The notes below the pieces were generated by a model. It was not told where the DNA came from, searched no databases, and was given only the letters and a program-made list of their open reading frames with translations. Shown piece after piece: positions 38,684 through 47,493 of a DNA stretch of 64,000 nucleotides (its first letter is position 1; each line of letters begins with the position of its first letter). The stretch is from Candidatus Zixiibacteriota bacterium. Lineage in GTDB: Bacteria; Zixibacteria; MSB-5A5; UBA10806; 4484-95. Where the stretch lies: contig JBBIRK010000007.1 of NCBI GenBank assembly GCA_037441845.1, positions 98,575 through 162,574 on the forward strand. The letters are read 5' to 3'. The translations under genes and the position numbers were made by a program.

Positions 38684-39646
38684 ATGGACAGACGGGCGTT
38701 TATCAAGGAAAGTATCAAGGCAGCAGCGGCGATCACCCTTACCACCGGGGGCGTCCTTATTCTCGGAACAAGAAAAAGCGGTAAGGCGACGGCGGGCGGC
38801 AAAAGTTTCGCGCCCAAAGATTACCGCGTACCCGACAATCCGAGTCTGCCTTTGCTGGCGGCGATCAAATCCGAATCTTATTCTATCGCGGTCGCCGAGG
38901 CGGTCCTCGCACTCGGAGGCATGGAAAGGTTCGTAGCCAAAGGCGATCGAGTCTTCGTCAAGCCGAATATCGGCTGGGATAGAACGCCCGAGCAGGGCGC
39001 AAATACCAATCCGGAAATCGTGGCCGAAATATGTAGGCTGTGCCATAAGGCCGGCGCCGAAGAAGTGATAGTCGGCGATGTGACCTGCAACTCCCCCGAG
39101 AGAACCTACAATCGTTCCGGGATAAAAGAGGCGGCCGCAAAACAGGGCGCTTCGGTCGTGTTGATCACCGAAAGCGAACTGATGGAAGTCGATTTCGGCG
39201 ACGAAAGCTTGGGCCGCTGGCCGATCATCCGAAAAATAATCGAATGCGACAAGTTGATCAATGTCCCGGTGGTCAAGCATCATTCGCTCTCGGGAATGAC
39301 GGCCGGTATGAAAAACTGGTTCGGCGCTTTGGCAGGCCCGCGGAATAAATTGCACCAGAATATCGATTTCAGTATCGCCGAACTTGCCCGGCTGTTCAAA
39401 CCGACGCTGACTATCCAGGATGCCACTCGGGTGATGCAGAAAGGCGGACCCACCGGCGGCCGGCCCGATGATTTGGTCGCCTATCATTCGGTGGTGGTTT
39501 CGACCGATCCTGTGGCGGCCGAGTCCTATGTCTGCCGGTATTTGAACAAAAAACCCGACGATTTTCGATTTATCAAACTTGCCGCCGATCGGGGCTTGGG
39601 CGACATGAACCCGCCCGGCGGCAGGACCGTCGTCAGGGAAATTTGA
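38684..39646 (+). CDS. DUF362-family protein with twin-arginine (Tat) signal
   Basis: SD TAAGGAGG; MDRRAFIK followed by a hydrophobic helix; VFVKPNIGWDR, INVPVVKHH, MKNWFG and STDPVA. Confidence 0.85.
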   Translation: MDRRAFIKESIKAAAAITLTTGGVLILGTRKSGKATAGGKSFAPKDYRVPDNPSLPLLAAIKSESYSIAVAEAVLALGGMERFVAKGDRVFVKPNIGWDRTPEQGANTNPEIVAEICRLCHKAGAEEVIVGDVTCNSPERTYNRSGIKEAAAKQGASVVLITESELMEVDFGDESLGRWPIIRKIIECDKLINVPVVKHHSLSGMTAGMKNWFGALAGPRNKLHQNIDFSIAELARLFKPTLTIQDATRVMQKGGPTGGRPDDLVAYHSVVVSTDPVAAESYVCRYLNKKPDDFRFIKLAADRGLGDMNPPGGRTVVREI

Positions 39647-39665
39647 CAATAAAGCAGGATAACGG

Positions 39666-41285
39666 ATGCGTCGGCTCGTCAAGCTGAGGATTTTCACTCA
39701 GGCTCTTTTTTTCTGCTTTTTCGTCTGGTTGATATTCACTACACAATACAGTTACGACCGGAACTCCGCAGAGGCGTCCGGCTGGCTGAAATTATTTTTC
39801 GATTTGAATCCGCTAAATCTAATCGGGGTCGCCGTAACGGCGGGAATAATCTATAAGACCCTTGCGCTCGGATTTATTTTGGTCGTCCTGACCATTATTT
39901 TCGGTCGTTTTTTTTGCGGCTGGGTTTGTCCGCTCGGTTCGCTGAATAATTTTTTCTCGTCATTCAAACCTGAAAGTTCGGGGAAATCACTGCTGACGCG
40001 TAACATCTATAAACCTTACCAAAAACTAAAATACTATTTTCTGTTTTTTTTCGCGGGAACGGCAATTCTCGGAAGTCTGCAGACCGGCCTGCTGGATCCG
40101 ATATCCTTGATCGCCCGCTCGATAGGGCTGGTCGTTTTTCCCGCCATGTTTTTGCTTTTGAGGATGCTTTTCGGCTGGTTTTTCGACTCCGGCGTTGCGG
40201 TACTGGCATTTTTCGGTGATCGGCTTTTTCGACTATCCGAGGCGCTTTTTCTCCCCCAAAAGCAACCGCTTTACAACGGCATATTCTGGCTGGCGCTGAT
40301 ACTGGCGGTGGTGATTGCGGGTAATCGTCTTTACACCCGTTTCTGGTGCCGGGCGGTATGCCCGCTCGGCGCATTGCTCGGCATTTTCGCTGGTTTTTCC
40401 ATTTTCGGCCTGAAAAAAGATGTTTCGAAATGCGATGATTGCGGCAAATGTCTTCTGCGCTGTCAGGGCGCCGATAATCCGCATCGGCAATTGCCGCACC
40501 GGCGAAGCGAATGTCATGTGTGCCTGAACTGCCTTGAGGCCTGCCCCAACGATGCTTTGAGTTTCGGCTTTTTCGCCGTCGATTCACCGGTGATAAAAGG
40601 TCCCGATCTTTCCCGGCGAAAACTGATCTTCAGCGGTATCGCCGGAGCGGCGGCCATCCCCATTTTGCGCAGCGGCCTTGACAAGAGCCGTCATATAAAT
40701 CAAAGCCTGATTCGTCCTCCTGGGGCGCTGCCCGAAACCGAGTTCTTGGCGCGATGTATCCGCTGCGGCCAGTGCATGAAAATATGCCCGACGAATGCCT
40801 TACACCCGGCGATTCTCGAAGCCGGCTGGGAGGGAATTTTCAGCCCGGTGCTGATCCCCGCGATCGGTTATTGCGAACACACCTGCATCTTATGCGGTCA
40901 CAGCTGCCCGACCGGCGCTATAAAACAATTGACCCAGATCGAAAAGACGGGGAATGAAGAAATCCCTCCGGTGCGGATCGGCACCGCTTTTATCGACCGC
41001 GGCCGCTGCCTTCCCTGGGCTTTCGGAAAAGAATGTATCGTTTGCGAGGAGTGGTGCCCCACATCGCCCAAAGCGATAAGGCTCGAGCCGGTCGAGCAAA
41101 TTTGGCCCGACGGTAGGCAGGTGAAATTGCGTCGGCCCTATGTCATTGCCGAGGAGTGTATCGGCTGCGGCGCGTGCGAATATGCCTGCCCGGTACAGGG
41201 AGATAAAGCGATTTACGTGAGTTCGGTCGGGGAAAGCCGTAATCCCAAAAACGAGATGTTGATGCATCGCCCCAGATATCAATAA
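39666..41285 (+). CDS. Membrane polyferredoxin (NapH/MauN-like membrane part fused to NapG/MauM-like 4Fe-4S domain)
   Basis: GRFFCGWVCP and RFWCRAVCP; CxxCxxCxxxC clusters; internal SRRKLIF motif; IRPPGA…CIRCGQCMKICP; CIGCGACEYACP. Confidence 0.88.
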   Translation: MRRLVKLRIFTQALFFCFFVWLIFTTQYSYDRNSAEASGWLKLFFDLNPLNLIGVAVTAGIIYKTLALGFILVVLTIIFGRFFCGWVCPLGSLNNFFSSFKPESSGKSLLTRNIYKPYQKLKYYFLFFFAGTAILGSLQTGLLDPISLIARSIGLVVFPAMFLLLRMLFGWFFDSGVAVLAFFGDRLFRLSEALFLPQKQPLYNGIFWLALILAVVIAGNRLYTRFWCRAVCPLGALLGIFAGFSIFGLKKDVSKCDDCGKCLLRCQGADNPHRQLPHRRSECHVCLNCLEACPNDALSFGFFAVDSPVIKGPDLSRRKLIFSGIAGAAAIPILRSGLDKSRHINQSLIRPPGALPETEFLARCIRCGQCMKICPTNALHPAILEAGWEGIFSPVLIPAIGYCEHTCILCGHSCPTGAIKQLTQIEKTGNEEIPPVRIGTAFIDRGRCLPWAFGKECIVCEEWCPTSPKAIRLEPVEQIWPDGRQVKLRRPYVIAEECIGCGACEYACPVQGDKAIYVSSVGESRNPKNEMLMHRPRYQ

Positions 41286-41296
41286 CCGAATACAAA

Positions 41297-43744
41297 TCAG
41301 ATAACTTTTCTATCTATTACTTTTCTTATCGCCTTTGCAATGTCTTTCGTGTTCAATGGCTTTCTTAAAAATGACCCGGCACCCAGCCTCATGGCCTCCG
41401 CAACCCGTTCGCTTTTGGCGAATCCCGACACTATAATCGCTCTCTGCCCGGGATTGAATTCGAGAATCCTGCGATAGGTCTCCGCCCCGTCGATTCCGTT
41501 GGGCATCACCATATCCAGAAGTAACAGATCGAAATTTTCGACCTTAAGACATTCGATCGCCGACTCACCGCTATCCACCGCTTTGACTTGATAGCCGAGA
41601 TAGGCGAGCATTTTCTGCAAGACCGACCTTTGCATCTCGTCGTCATCGATAATCAACACTTTTTCGGAACCGCCGGGAATATCATCGGAGTCGTCGATTT
41701 CGATGGCCTCCCGGGTGATCGGGAAATAGATATAGAAAGACGTTCCTTTGCCATCTTCGCTCTCCAGATCGATGAATCCGCCATGATCGCTTACCACGGC
41801 ATCGACCACGCTCAAACCCAGCCCCGAACCTTTCCTTCGATCGGCGACTTTGGTGGTGAAAAACGGGTCAAAAATCCGTTGCATGATATGCTGGGGTATT
41901 CCCGGCCCGGTATCGCTTACCGTCAGCCGGACGTATTCACCTCTCGGCACCATCCCGAATCGGCCTTCGAGTTGATCGACGTAATAGTTTTCGGTTTTAA
42001 TGGTCAATACGCCGCCGTCGTTCATGGCCTCACGGGCGTTCGTTATCAGATTGGAAATCACCCTGAAAATTTGAGAACCCCCGCCTTTTATGTTGGCGAT
42101 GTCACCGGCAAGGTCGAGCTCTATTTTCAGCGAATCGGGCACCGGGAAAATTTGCATCACCGCCTGGCGCACTATTTGATTGAGATTCAGCGGCTCGAGA
42201 TTGTAATGTCCGCGGCGGCCGAGCGTCAGAAGTTGCTGATTGATTTCGGCTATTTTCTGGGATGCCGTTTCTATGTCATCGATATATTTGATCGCCGGGC
42301 TGTCCGGCCCGATTTCATGCCTGATGAATTCGGGATAAGCGATCAGCGGAGCCAGCAGATTATTGAAATCGTGAGCGACCTGTCCGGCCACGGTTCCAGC
42401 CGTCTCCAATCTCTGGGCCCGCGCCATCATTTCCTGGATTTTTCTTTCTTCGGTGATTTCCCGAAAAACCAACACGACTCCGATTATCCGTCCATGTCGG
42501 TCGTTTATCGGCGCGCCGCTGTCGGCGATCGGATATACGGTTCCGTCGCGGGAAATGAGCGCGGTATGGTTCGCCAAACCGACGACTATACCCGACCGCA
42601 GAACTTTGGCCACCGGGTTTTCCTGCGGCTGCCCGGTTTCCTCGTTGATAATCCTGAAAACGTCGTTAAGCGGCTTTCCCAGTGATTCCTCTTTGGAATA
42701 CCCGGTCAACTTTTCCGCGACCGGATTGATTAATTCTATTCGGCCGTAGATATCGGTGGCGATAACCGCATCGCCGATAGAATGAAGAGTCACGTTCAAC
42801 TTTTCCTTTTCCGCTTCGAACCGGTCCTGGATATTTTTCAAGGCGGTAATATCAGTGATGAACCCTTCAAGAAAAAACAATTCACCCGAATCGGAAAATA
42901 CGCCGCAGCCTTGTTCCCATACCCATTTCAATTCGCCATTGCGAGTGGTTATTCGATAAACGAGCTTATAGGGTCGCTTTTCATTCAAAGCCGCCTGAAC
43001 CCCATCCCAAACCATCTGTCTGTCCTCGGGAATGATGACGTCACCATAAGCGATCGTCTTATTCCCGACCAGATCGCCGGCCTCATAACCGGTAAGCTCA
43101 AGGCATCCCTGGCTGACGAAATTCATTGTCCATTCGGGGTTGTTCAGACACTGATAAGCCATCCCCGGAAGATTTCCCATCAAAGTTGAAAGCATCCTCT
43201 GGCTTTCCCGGGTTTTATTAATCGCATCCATCAATTCGGTGATATCGAGACCCGAACTTATCGTGGCGGAAATACGGCCGTTATGGTCCGGAATATAGCT
43301 GTTATGCCAGGCTATTAATCTCTCCTCGCCGGTTCGCGATTTGACCGCATTTTCGAAACGATTGACCGGTTCGAGCCGACCACTCATAATCAGGTCGAAA
43401 ACTTCACGGGTTTTTTCGCGATCTCTTTCGGGAATGAAATCGCTAAACCAATTCCTGCCAATGATGTCTTTCGCATCTGCTCCCAGAATCTCGCACCCTT
43501 TTTCATTGATGAAGATGACCTCTCCCTTGGTGTCCAACTCAACCAGAATGACATCGCTGAGCTGAACCATTCTTTTCAAAGACTCATAGGCCAGAGCCTT
43601 CCCGATGGTTTGCCTAGCCCGTTTGGTCGATTTTAATTCGGCGTTTCGGCTTCGCTTTTTGGCGGTTTTCAATCGACCGGTCTTTCGAGACCTGGCGATT
43701 GCGCCCCCCTTTGCTTTTGACTTTTTGCCTATGACTCTCTTCAT
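41297..43744 (-). CDS. Cytoplasmic hybrid sensor histidine kinase (3 PAS, HisKA, HATPase, receiver)
   Basis: PAS/PAC motifs, VAHDFNN, NLITNA, DTGPG, FFTTK, GSGLGL, receiver DD…DMVMP…KP. Confidence 0.93.
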   Translation of the reverse strand: MKRVIGKKSKAKGGAIARSRKTGRLKTAKKRSRNAELKSTKRARQTIGKALAYESLKRMVQLSDVILVELDTKGEVIFINEKGCEILGADAKDIIGRNWFSDFIPERDREKTREVFDLIMSGRLEPVNRFENAVKSRTGEERLIAWHNSYIPDHNGRISATISSGLDITELMDAINKTRESQRMLSTLMGNLPGMAYQCLNNPEWTMNFVSQGCLELTGYEAGDLVGNKTIAYGDVIIPEDRQMVWDGVQAALNEKRPYKLVYRITTRNGELKWVWEQGCGVFSDSGELFFLEGFITDITALKNIQDRFEAEKEKLNVTLHSIGDAVIATDIYGRIELINPVAEKLTGYSKEESLGKPLNDVFRIINEETGQPQENPVAKVLRSGIVVGLANHTALISRDGTVYPIADSGAPINDRHGRIIGVVLVFREITEERKIQEMMARAQRLETAGTVAGQVAHDFNNLLAPLIAYPEFIRHEIGPDSPAIKYIDDIETASQKIAEINQQLLTLGRRGHYNLEPLNLNQIVRQAVMQIFPVPDSLKIELDLAGDIANIKGGGSQIFRVISNLITNAREAMNDGGVLTIKTENYYVDQLEGRFGMVPRGEYVRLTVSDTGPGIPQHIMQRIFDPFFTTKVADRRKGSGLGLSVVDAVVSDHGGFIDLESEDGKGTSFYIYFPITREAIEIDDSDDIPGGSEKVLIIDDDEMQRSVLQKMLAYLGYQVKAVDSGESAIECLKVENFDLLLLDMVMPNGIDGAETYRRILEFNPGQRAIIVSGFAKSERVAEAMRLGAGSFLRKPLNTKDIAKAIRKVIDRKVI

Positions 43745-43863
43745 GAATGATTCCTCGAGATATCCGCGTTCTCGTTACTTTGGCCAGAAACTTCAGCCAT
43801 GAATTTAACAATCGCCGACCGTTTTTGTCCATATATTTTTGGTCCGATTGGGTTTGTCCGTTA

Positions 43864-43891
43864 TTGACAATTTTCCCAAACATGTTAAATT
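43864..43891 (+). promoter_or_regulatory. Putative sigma-70 promoter with extended -10
   Basis: TTGACA-N16-TAAATT with a TGn immediately upstream of the -10. Confidence 0.6.
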
Positions 43892-43928
43892 TCAATCAGG
43901 GTATTTATCGAAGAACGAGGTAGTATGT

Positions 43929-45491
43929 ATGTTCAGGTCAAGTTTAGTCACTTCTCTATTATGCGGGTTATTAATTATCGCTTTATCATATGCCGATGAT
44001 AGAATCGAAATAAGCGAAAACGCCGGTGATACCGTAATCGGAACGTTCGATAGTCACGGGGACGGCGGCGGATCGTTCGCCACCGATATCGTGCCTTATT
44101 CTCTTGCTCCCGACTGGTCGCTGAACCTGAGGATGCAGGTAGGAGGAATAGCGGCGGCGGATCTCGACGGCGACGACGATATCGATGTGGCCGTAGGCTG
44201 TTACCATTCGCAAAGTTACCCGCCGTATGATGACTGGCGCAATTTTATTCTTTATAACGCAAATCGCCGATTGCCCTCGGCACCGACATGGTGGTCTACC
44301 GATTCCCGTTCCACCACGGACATAAAAATCGCCGACATAAACGATGACGGTCACCCCGATATTTTCTGCGCTAACGGCGACTTCACTTTCGATCCGGATT
44401 GCATTTATTTCGGGTACGAGGGAGACACCATTTCGCAAACTCCCGGTTGGACTTCCAACAACCCCACCTGGACAACTGGGGCGTCGATCTGTGATTTCGA
44501 CCGCGATTATGATCTCGATGTCGCCACCTCCAACCAGGGAACATCACCTGATCCTTATCGACCTGTGCATATTTATATGAATAACGGCGGCAATCTCGAG
44601 CGGACGCCGTCCTGGAGCTCCGCGGCAAGAGAGATATCGAGTGCTGTGGAATGGGGCGATTGCAACTACGACGGCTGGCCGGATTTGGCCGTCTCCAAAT
44701 GGGTGAATTTCAATTCTTGCGTCTATTTCAACGACAGCGGACTGGTCCTCAATACACCGGGTTGGACGGGGAATACGACTCAGGGGCAAAAAGGGATCAC
44801 CTGGGGCGATATAGACGGCGATCATTATCCGGAACTCGCGATCGGCGGTTCCATTCCAACGCAGATCTACGCGAACGTAGGCGGTATACCGGGTTCGAAT
44901 CCGATCTGGCAATCCCAGAACGCTTATCACGGCACCCAAGATATCGCTTGGGCAGATGTAGACGCCGACGGCGATCTCGATTTGGCCACAGTCGAATTTT
45001 CGACCGGTCATTTACGGATATATCTGAATCGAAACGGCCAATTTCAGCCGGAGCCTTCTTGGCAATATGACGCGCCGAACGTGGGCACGGCCCTGGCTTT
45101 CGGCGATATAAACGGCGATGGATATACCGACCTGATAATGGGAGTTTCCGGGCAACACTGCCTGCTTGTTTTCTACAACAATCTCACTGCTTTGAATGAG
45201 ATGCCGCCGACGCCGAAAGATGCCGCGCTTTGGAGCTATCCGAACCCATTCAACGGCCGGACGATGATCCGATTTAGGTTGGAAAACGCGGGCGAGGTTT
45301 CGATTCGAATTTTCGATATCAACGGCCGCCTGGCGAGAAATCTATTCACCGGGGAGCTCACCGCAGGCGAACATTACTTGATTTGGGACGGACTCGATGA
45401 TATCGGCAGGGCCGTCGGCAGCGGAGTATATTTCGGAATCGTTGAGAGTGCTGGGGTGAGTCGCTCGTTGAAAATGACTTTGCTTAGATAA
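43929..45491 (+). CDS. Secreted FG-GAP/VCBS repeat beta-propeller with FlgD-Ig/T9SS-type CTD
   Basis: Signal peptide MFRSSL…; ~7 D-x-D/N-x-D-x-x-x-D repeats; YPNPFN…SGVYF…KMTLLR. Start chosen from SD GAGGT. Confidence 0.85.
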   Translation: MFRSSLVTSLLCGLLIIALSYADDRIEISENAGDTVIGTFDSHGDGGGSFATDIVPYSLAPDWSLNLRMQVGGIAAADLDGDDDIDVAVGCYHSQSYPPYDDWRNFILYNANRRLPSAPTWWSTDSRSTTDIKIADINDDGHPDIFCANGDFTFDPDCIYFGYEGDTISQTPGWTSNNPTWTTGASICDFDRDYDLDVATSNQGTSPDPYRPVHIYMNNGGNLERTPSWSSAAREISSAVEWGDCNYDGWPDLAVSKWVNFNSCVYFNDSGLVLNTPGWTGNTTQGQKGITWGDIDGDHYPELAIGGSIPTQIYANVGGIPGSNPIWQSQNAYHGTQDIAWADVDADGDLDLATVEFSTGHLRIYLNRNGQFQPEPSWQYDAPNVGTALAFGDINGDGYTDLIMGVSGQHCLLVFYNNLTALNEMPPTPKDAALWSYPNPFNGRTMIRFRLENAGEVSIRIFDINGRLARNLFTGELTAGEHYLIWDGLDDIGRAVGSGVYFGIVESAGVSRSLKMTLLR

Positions 45492-45820
45492 CGATATGGT
45501 CACAATCCCGTTCACGAGTCCGACGGGTGGCCTGTTTCAGCCGAAGAATTTAATCGCGATCAGGCGATCGATTTCCGGCTATCATAATACTTCAGCCGGC
45601 GCATGATTCCCCGGTGATCGCCGATCCCCCACGAAACATCTCGACGGAAATAACTCGATTTCGGTTGTCGAGCAGCACCACGAGTTAGTTGACCGTTTGA
45701 ATATGCCTTGAATGTCGGAACCCCCGGTACCGACTCTCCGTCGATTGCCGAGAGAAAACCTGCCAATCAATTTCGATCTGCTGCATTTTATACCGGTTCG
45801 CAATTCCCCGAGCATTCATG

Positions 45821-45849
45821 TTGACATCCTTCGGCACTGACGATAAACT
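45821..45849 (+). promoter_or_regulatory. Putative sigma-70 promoter of nnr (near-leaderless)
   Basis: TTGACA-N17-TAAACT ending 8 nt before the ATG; no SD. Confidence 0.65.
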
Positions 45850-45857
45850 ACTTCATC

Positions 45858-47411
45858 ATGAAAATCTGCACCCCAAAACAGATGCGGGAAATCGACCGGC
45901 GGGCGATCGAGGAAAAAGGGATACCGGGCCAAACCCTGATGGAAAATGCCGGTCGCGCGGTATTCGAGGCGATCCTGCGGCGGTTCGGAAATGTGCAATC
46001 GAAAACCGTGGCGGTGATCTGCGGAAAGGGAAACAACGGCGGTGATGGTTTCGTGGTGGCACGCTACTTGAAAGAAAGCGGGGCTCATGTCGAAATCGAC
46101 TTGCTATGCCGGGCCGACGAAGTCAAGGGCGATGCAGCCGAAAATATGATGAAGGCGGGCAAATGCAGAATTGCTATAAAGGAAATCACCGACGCCTCTC
46201 AGTATGAAATAAGAACCGACACCTGGCTCATTGTCGATGCCATTTTCGGGACCGGATTTCAGGGCGAAATCAAACCGCCTTATAACCAGATAATCGCGAA
46301 AATCAACAGCTCGGATATTCCGGTCGTGGCGGTCGATTGCCCCTCGGGGCTTAACGGCGCCACCGGAGAACTTTCCGAACCGACGGTGCGGGCTGCCCTG
46401 ACCGTCACTTTCGGTTTTCCCAAGATCGGCCAGGTCTTGTTTCCCGGCAAATCGGTTTGTGGCATTCTCGAGGTCGCCGATATCGGGTTTCCGCCGGGCA
46501 TCGCCGAGGATATCAAGACACATCTGGTGCGCAGGCTCGAGGCCGCAAGGTTGTTGCCGGAAAGGCGACCCGACGCTCACAAGGGAAATTACGGAAAATT
46601 ATTCGTGTTGGCCGGATCGACCGGCTATACCGGAGCGGCGATTTTGACGGCGTCAACCGCCCTGCGTTGCGGAACCGGATTGGTTTTTCTCGGCATTCCC
46701 GAATCACTTAATCCGATTATCGAAATTAAATCGACCGAGGTTATAAGCAAACCGCTTCCCGATGTCAAGAAGGGCGGTCATTTCGCTTTGCGCGGCATGG
46801 GCGAAATCAGGCGCAATATCGCCGCCGCCGATGCCGTGGCCATCGGTCCAGGGATCGGCACTCATCACGAAACCGCGGAATTGATAGGACGACTGGTGCG
46901 CGAAATCGAAAAACCGGCCGTGCTCGACGCCGATGCGTTGAATATCATCGCCCGGAATACCCAAATTCTAAAAGAACATCGCGGCCCGTTGGTGATTTCA
47001 CCTCACGCCGGGGAGTTCTCCAGGTTGACCGGAAAATCCATCGCCCAGATAAACGAAAATCGTTTTGAAATGGCCGCGGAATTCGCCGCCGAATACAACT
47101 TGGTGTTGGTACTCAAAGGAGCGCCGACGCTCACCGCTCTCCCCTCGGGCGATATTCATATCAACTACTCCGGCAATGACGGCATGGCCACCGCGGGTTC
47201 AGGCGATGTTTTGACCGGTCTTATCGGAGGTTTTCTGGCGCAGGGAATGCCGGCCGATGGAGCCGCTATTCTGGCCAACTACGTGCATGGGCTGGCCGGG
47301 GATATCGCCGTCGCCGATATCGGCGGTCGCGGCTTGATCGCCGGCGACATAATGTCGATGGTGCCGCAGGCGCTGGTCGAGCTGGAGGGAATCATAGAAT
47401 CAAACGTTTAA
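45858..47411 (+). CDS. nnr: Bifunctional NAD(P)H-hydrate epimerase/dehydratase
   Basis: LMENAG, GKGNNGGDG, DAIFGTG, HKGNYG, IGPGIG, DADAL, SPHAGE and ATAGSGDVL. Confidence 0.95.
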   Translation: MKICTPKQMREIDRRAIEEKGIPGQTLMENAGRAVFEAILRRFGNVQSKTVAVICGKGNNGGDGFVVARYLKESGAHVEIDLLCRADEVKGDAAENMMKAGKCRIAIKEITDASQYEIRTDTWLIVDAIFGTGFQGEIKPPYNQIIAKINSSDIPVVAVDCPSGLNGATGELSEPTVRAALTVTFGFPKIGQVLFPGKSVCGILEVADIGFPPGIAEDIKTHLVRRLEAARLLPERRPDAHKGNYGKLFVLAGSTGYTGAAILTASTALRCGTGLVFLGIPESLNPIIEIKSTEVISKPLPDVKKGGHFALRGMGEIRRNIAAADAVAIGPGIGTHHETAELIGRLVREIEKPAVLDADALNIIARNTQILKEHRGPLVISPHAGEFSRLTGKSIAQINENRFEMAAEFAAEYNLVLVLKGAPTLTALPSGDIHINYSGNDGMATAGSGDVLTGLIGGFLAQGMPADGAAILANYVHGLAGDIAVADIGGRGLIAGDIMSMVPQALVELEGIIESNV

Positions 47412-47493
47412 TCAAGGGCCGACCACCGAAAAGCCTCGAAAAAAAATAATTACGGTCCCGATGCAAAAATTTTCCACGCCGAAGGAGCCGCAA

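Noticed and set aside
38651..39697. 348-aa - strand ORF
   Set aside because: Antisense to the DUF362 gene, which has a strong SD, Tat signal and family motifs.
41588..42685. 365-aa + strand ORF
   Set aside because: Antisense shadow of the hybrid kinase.
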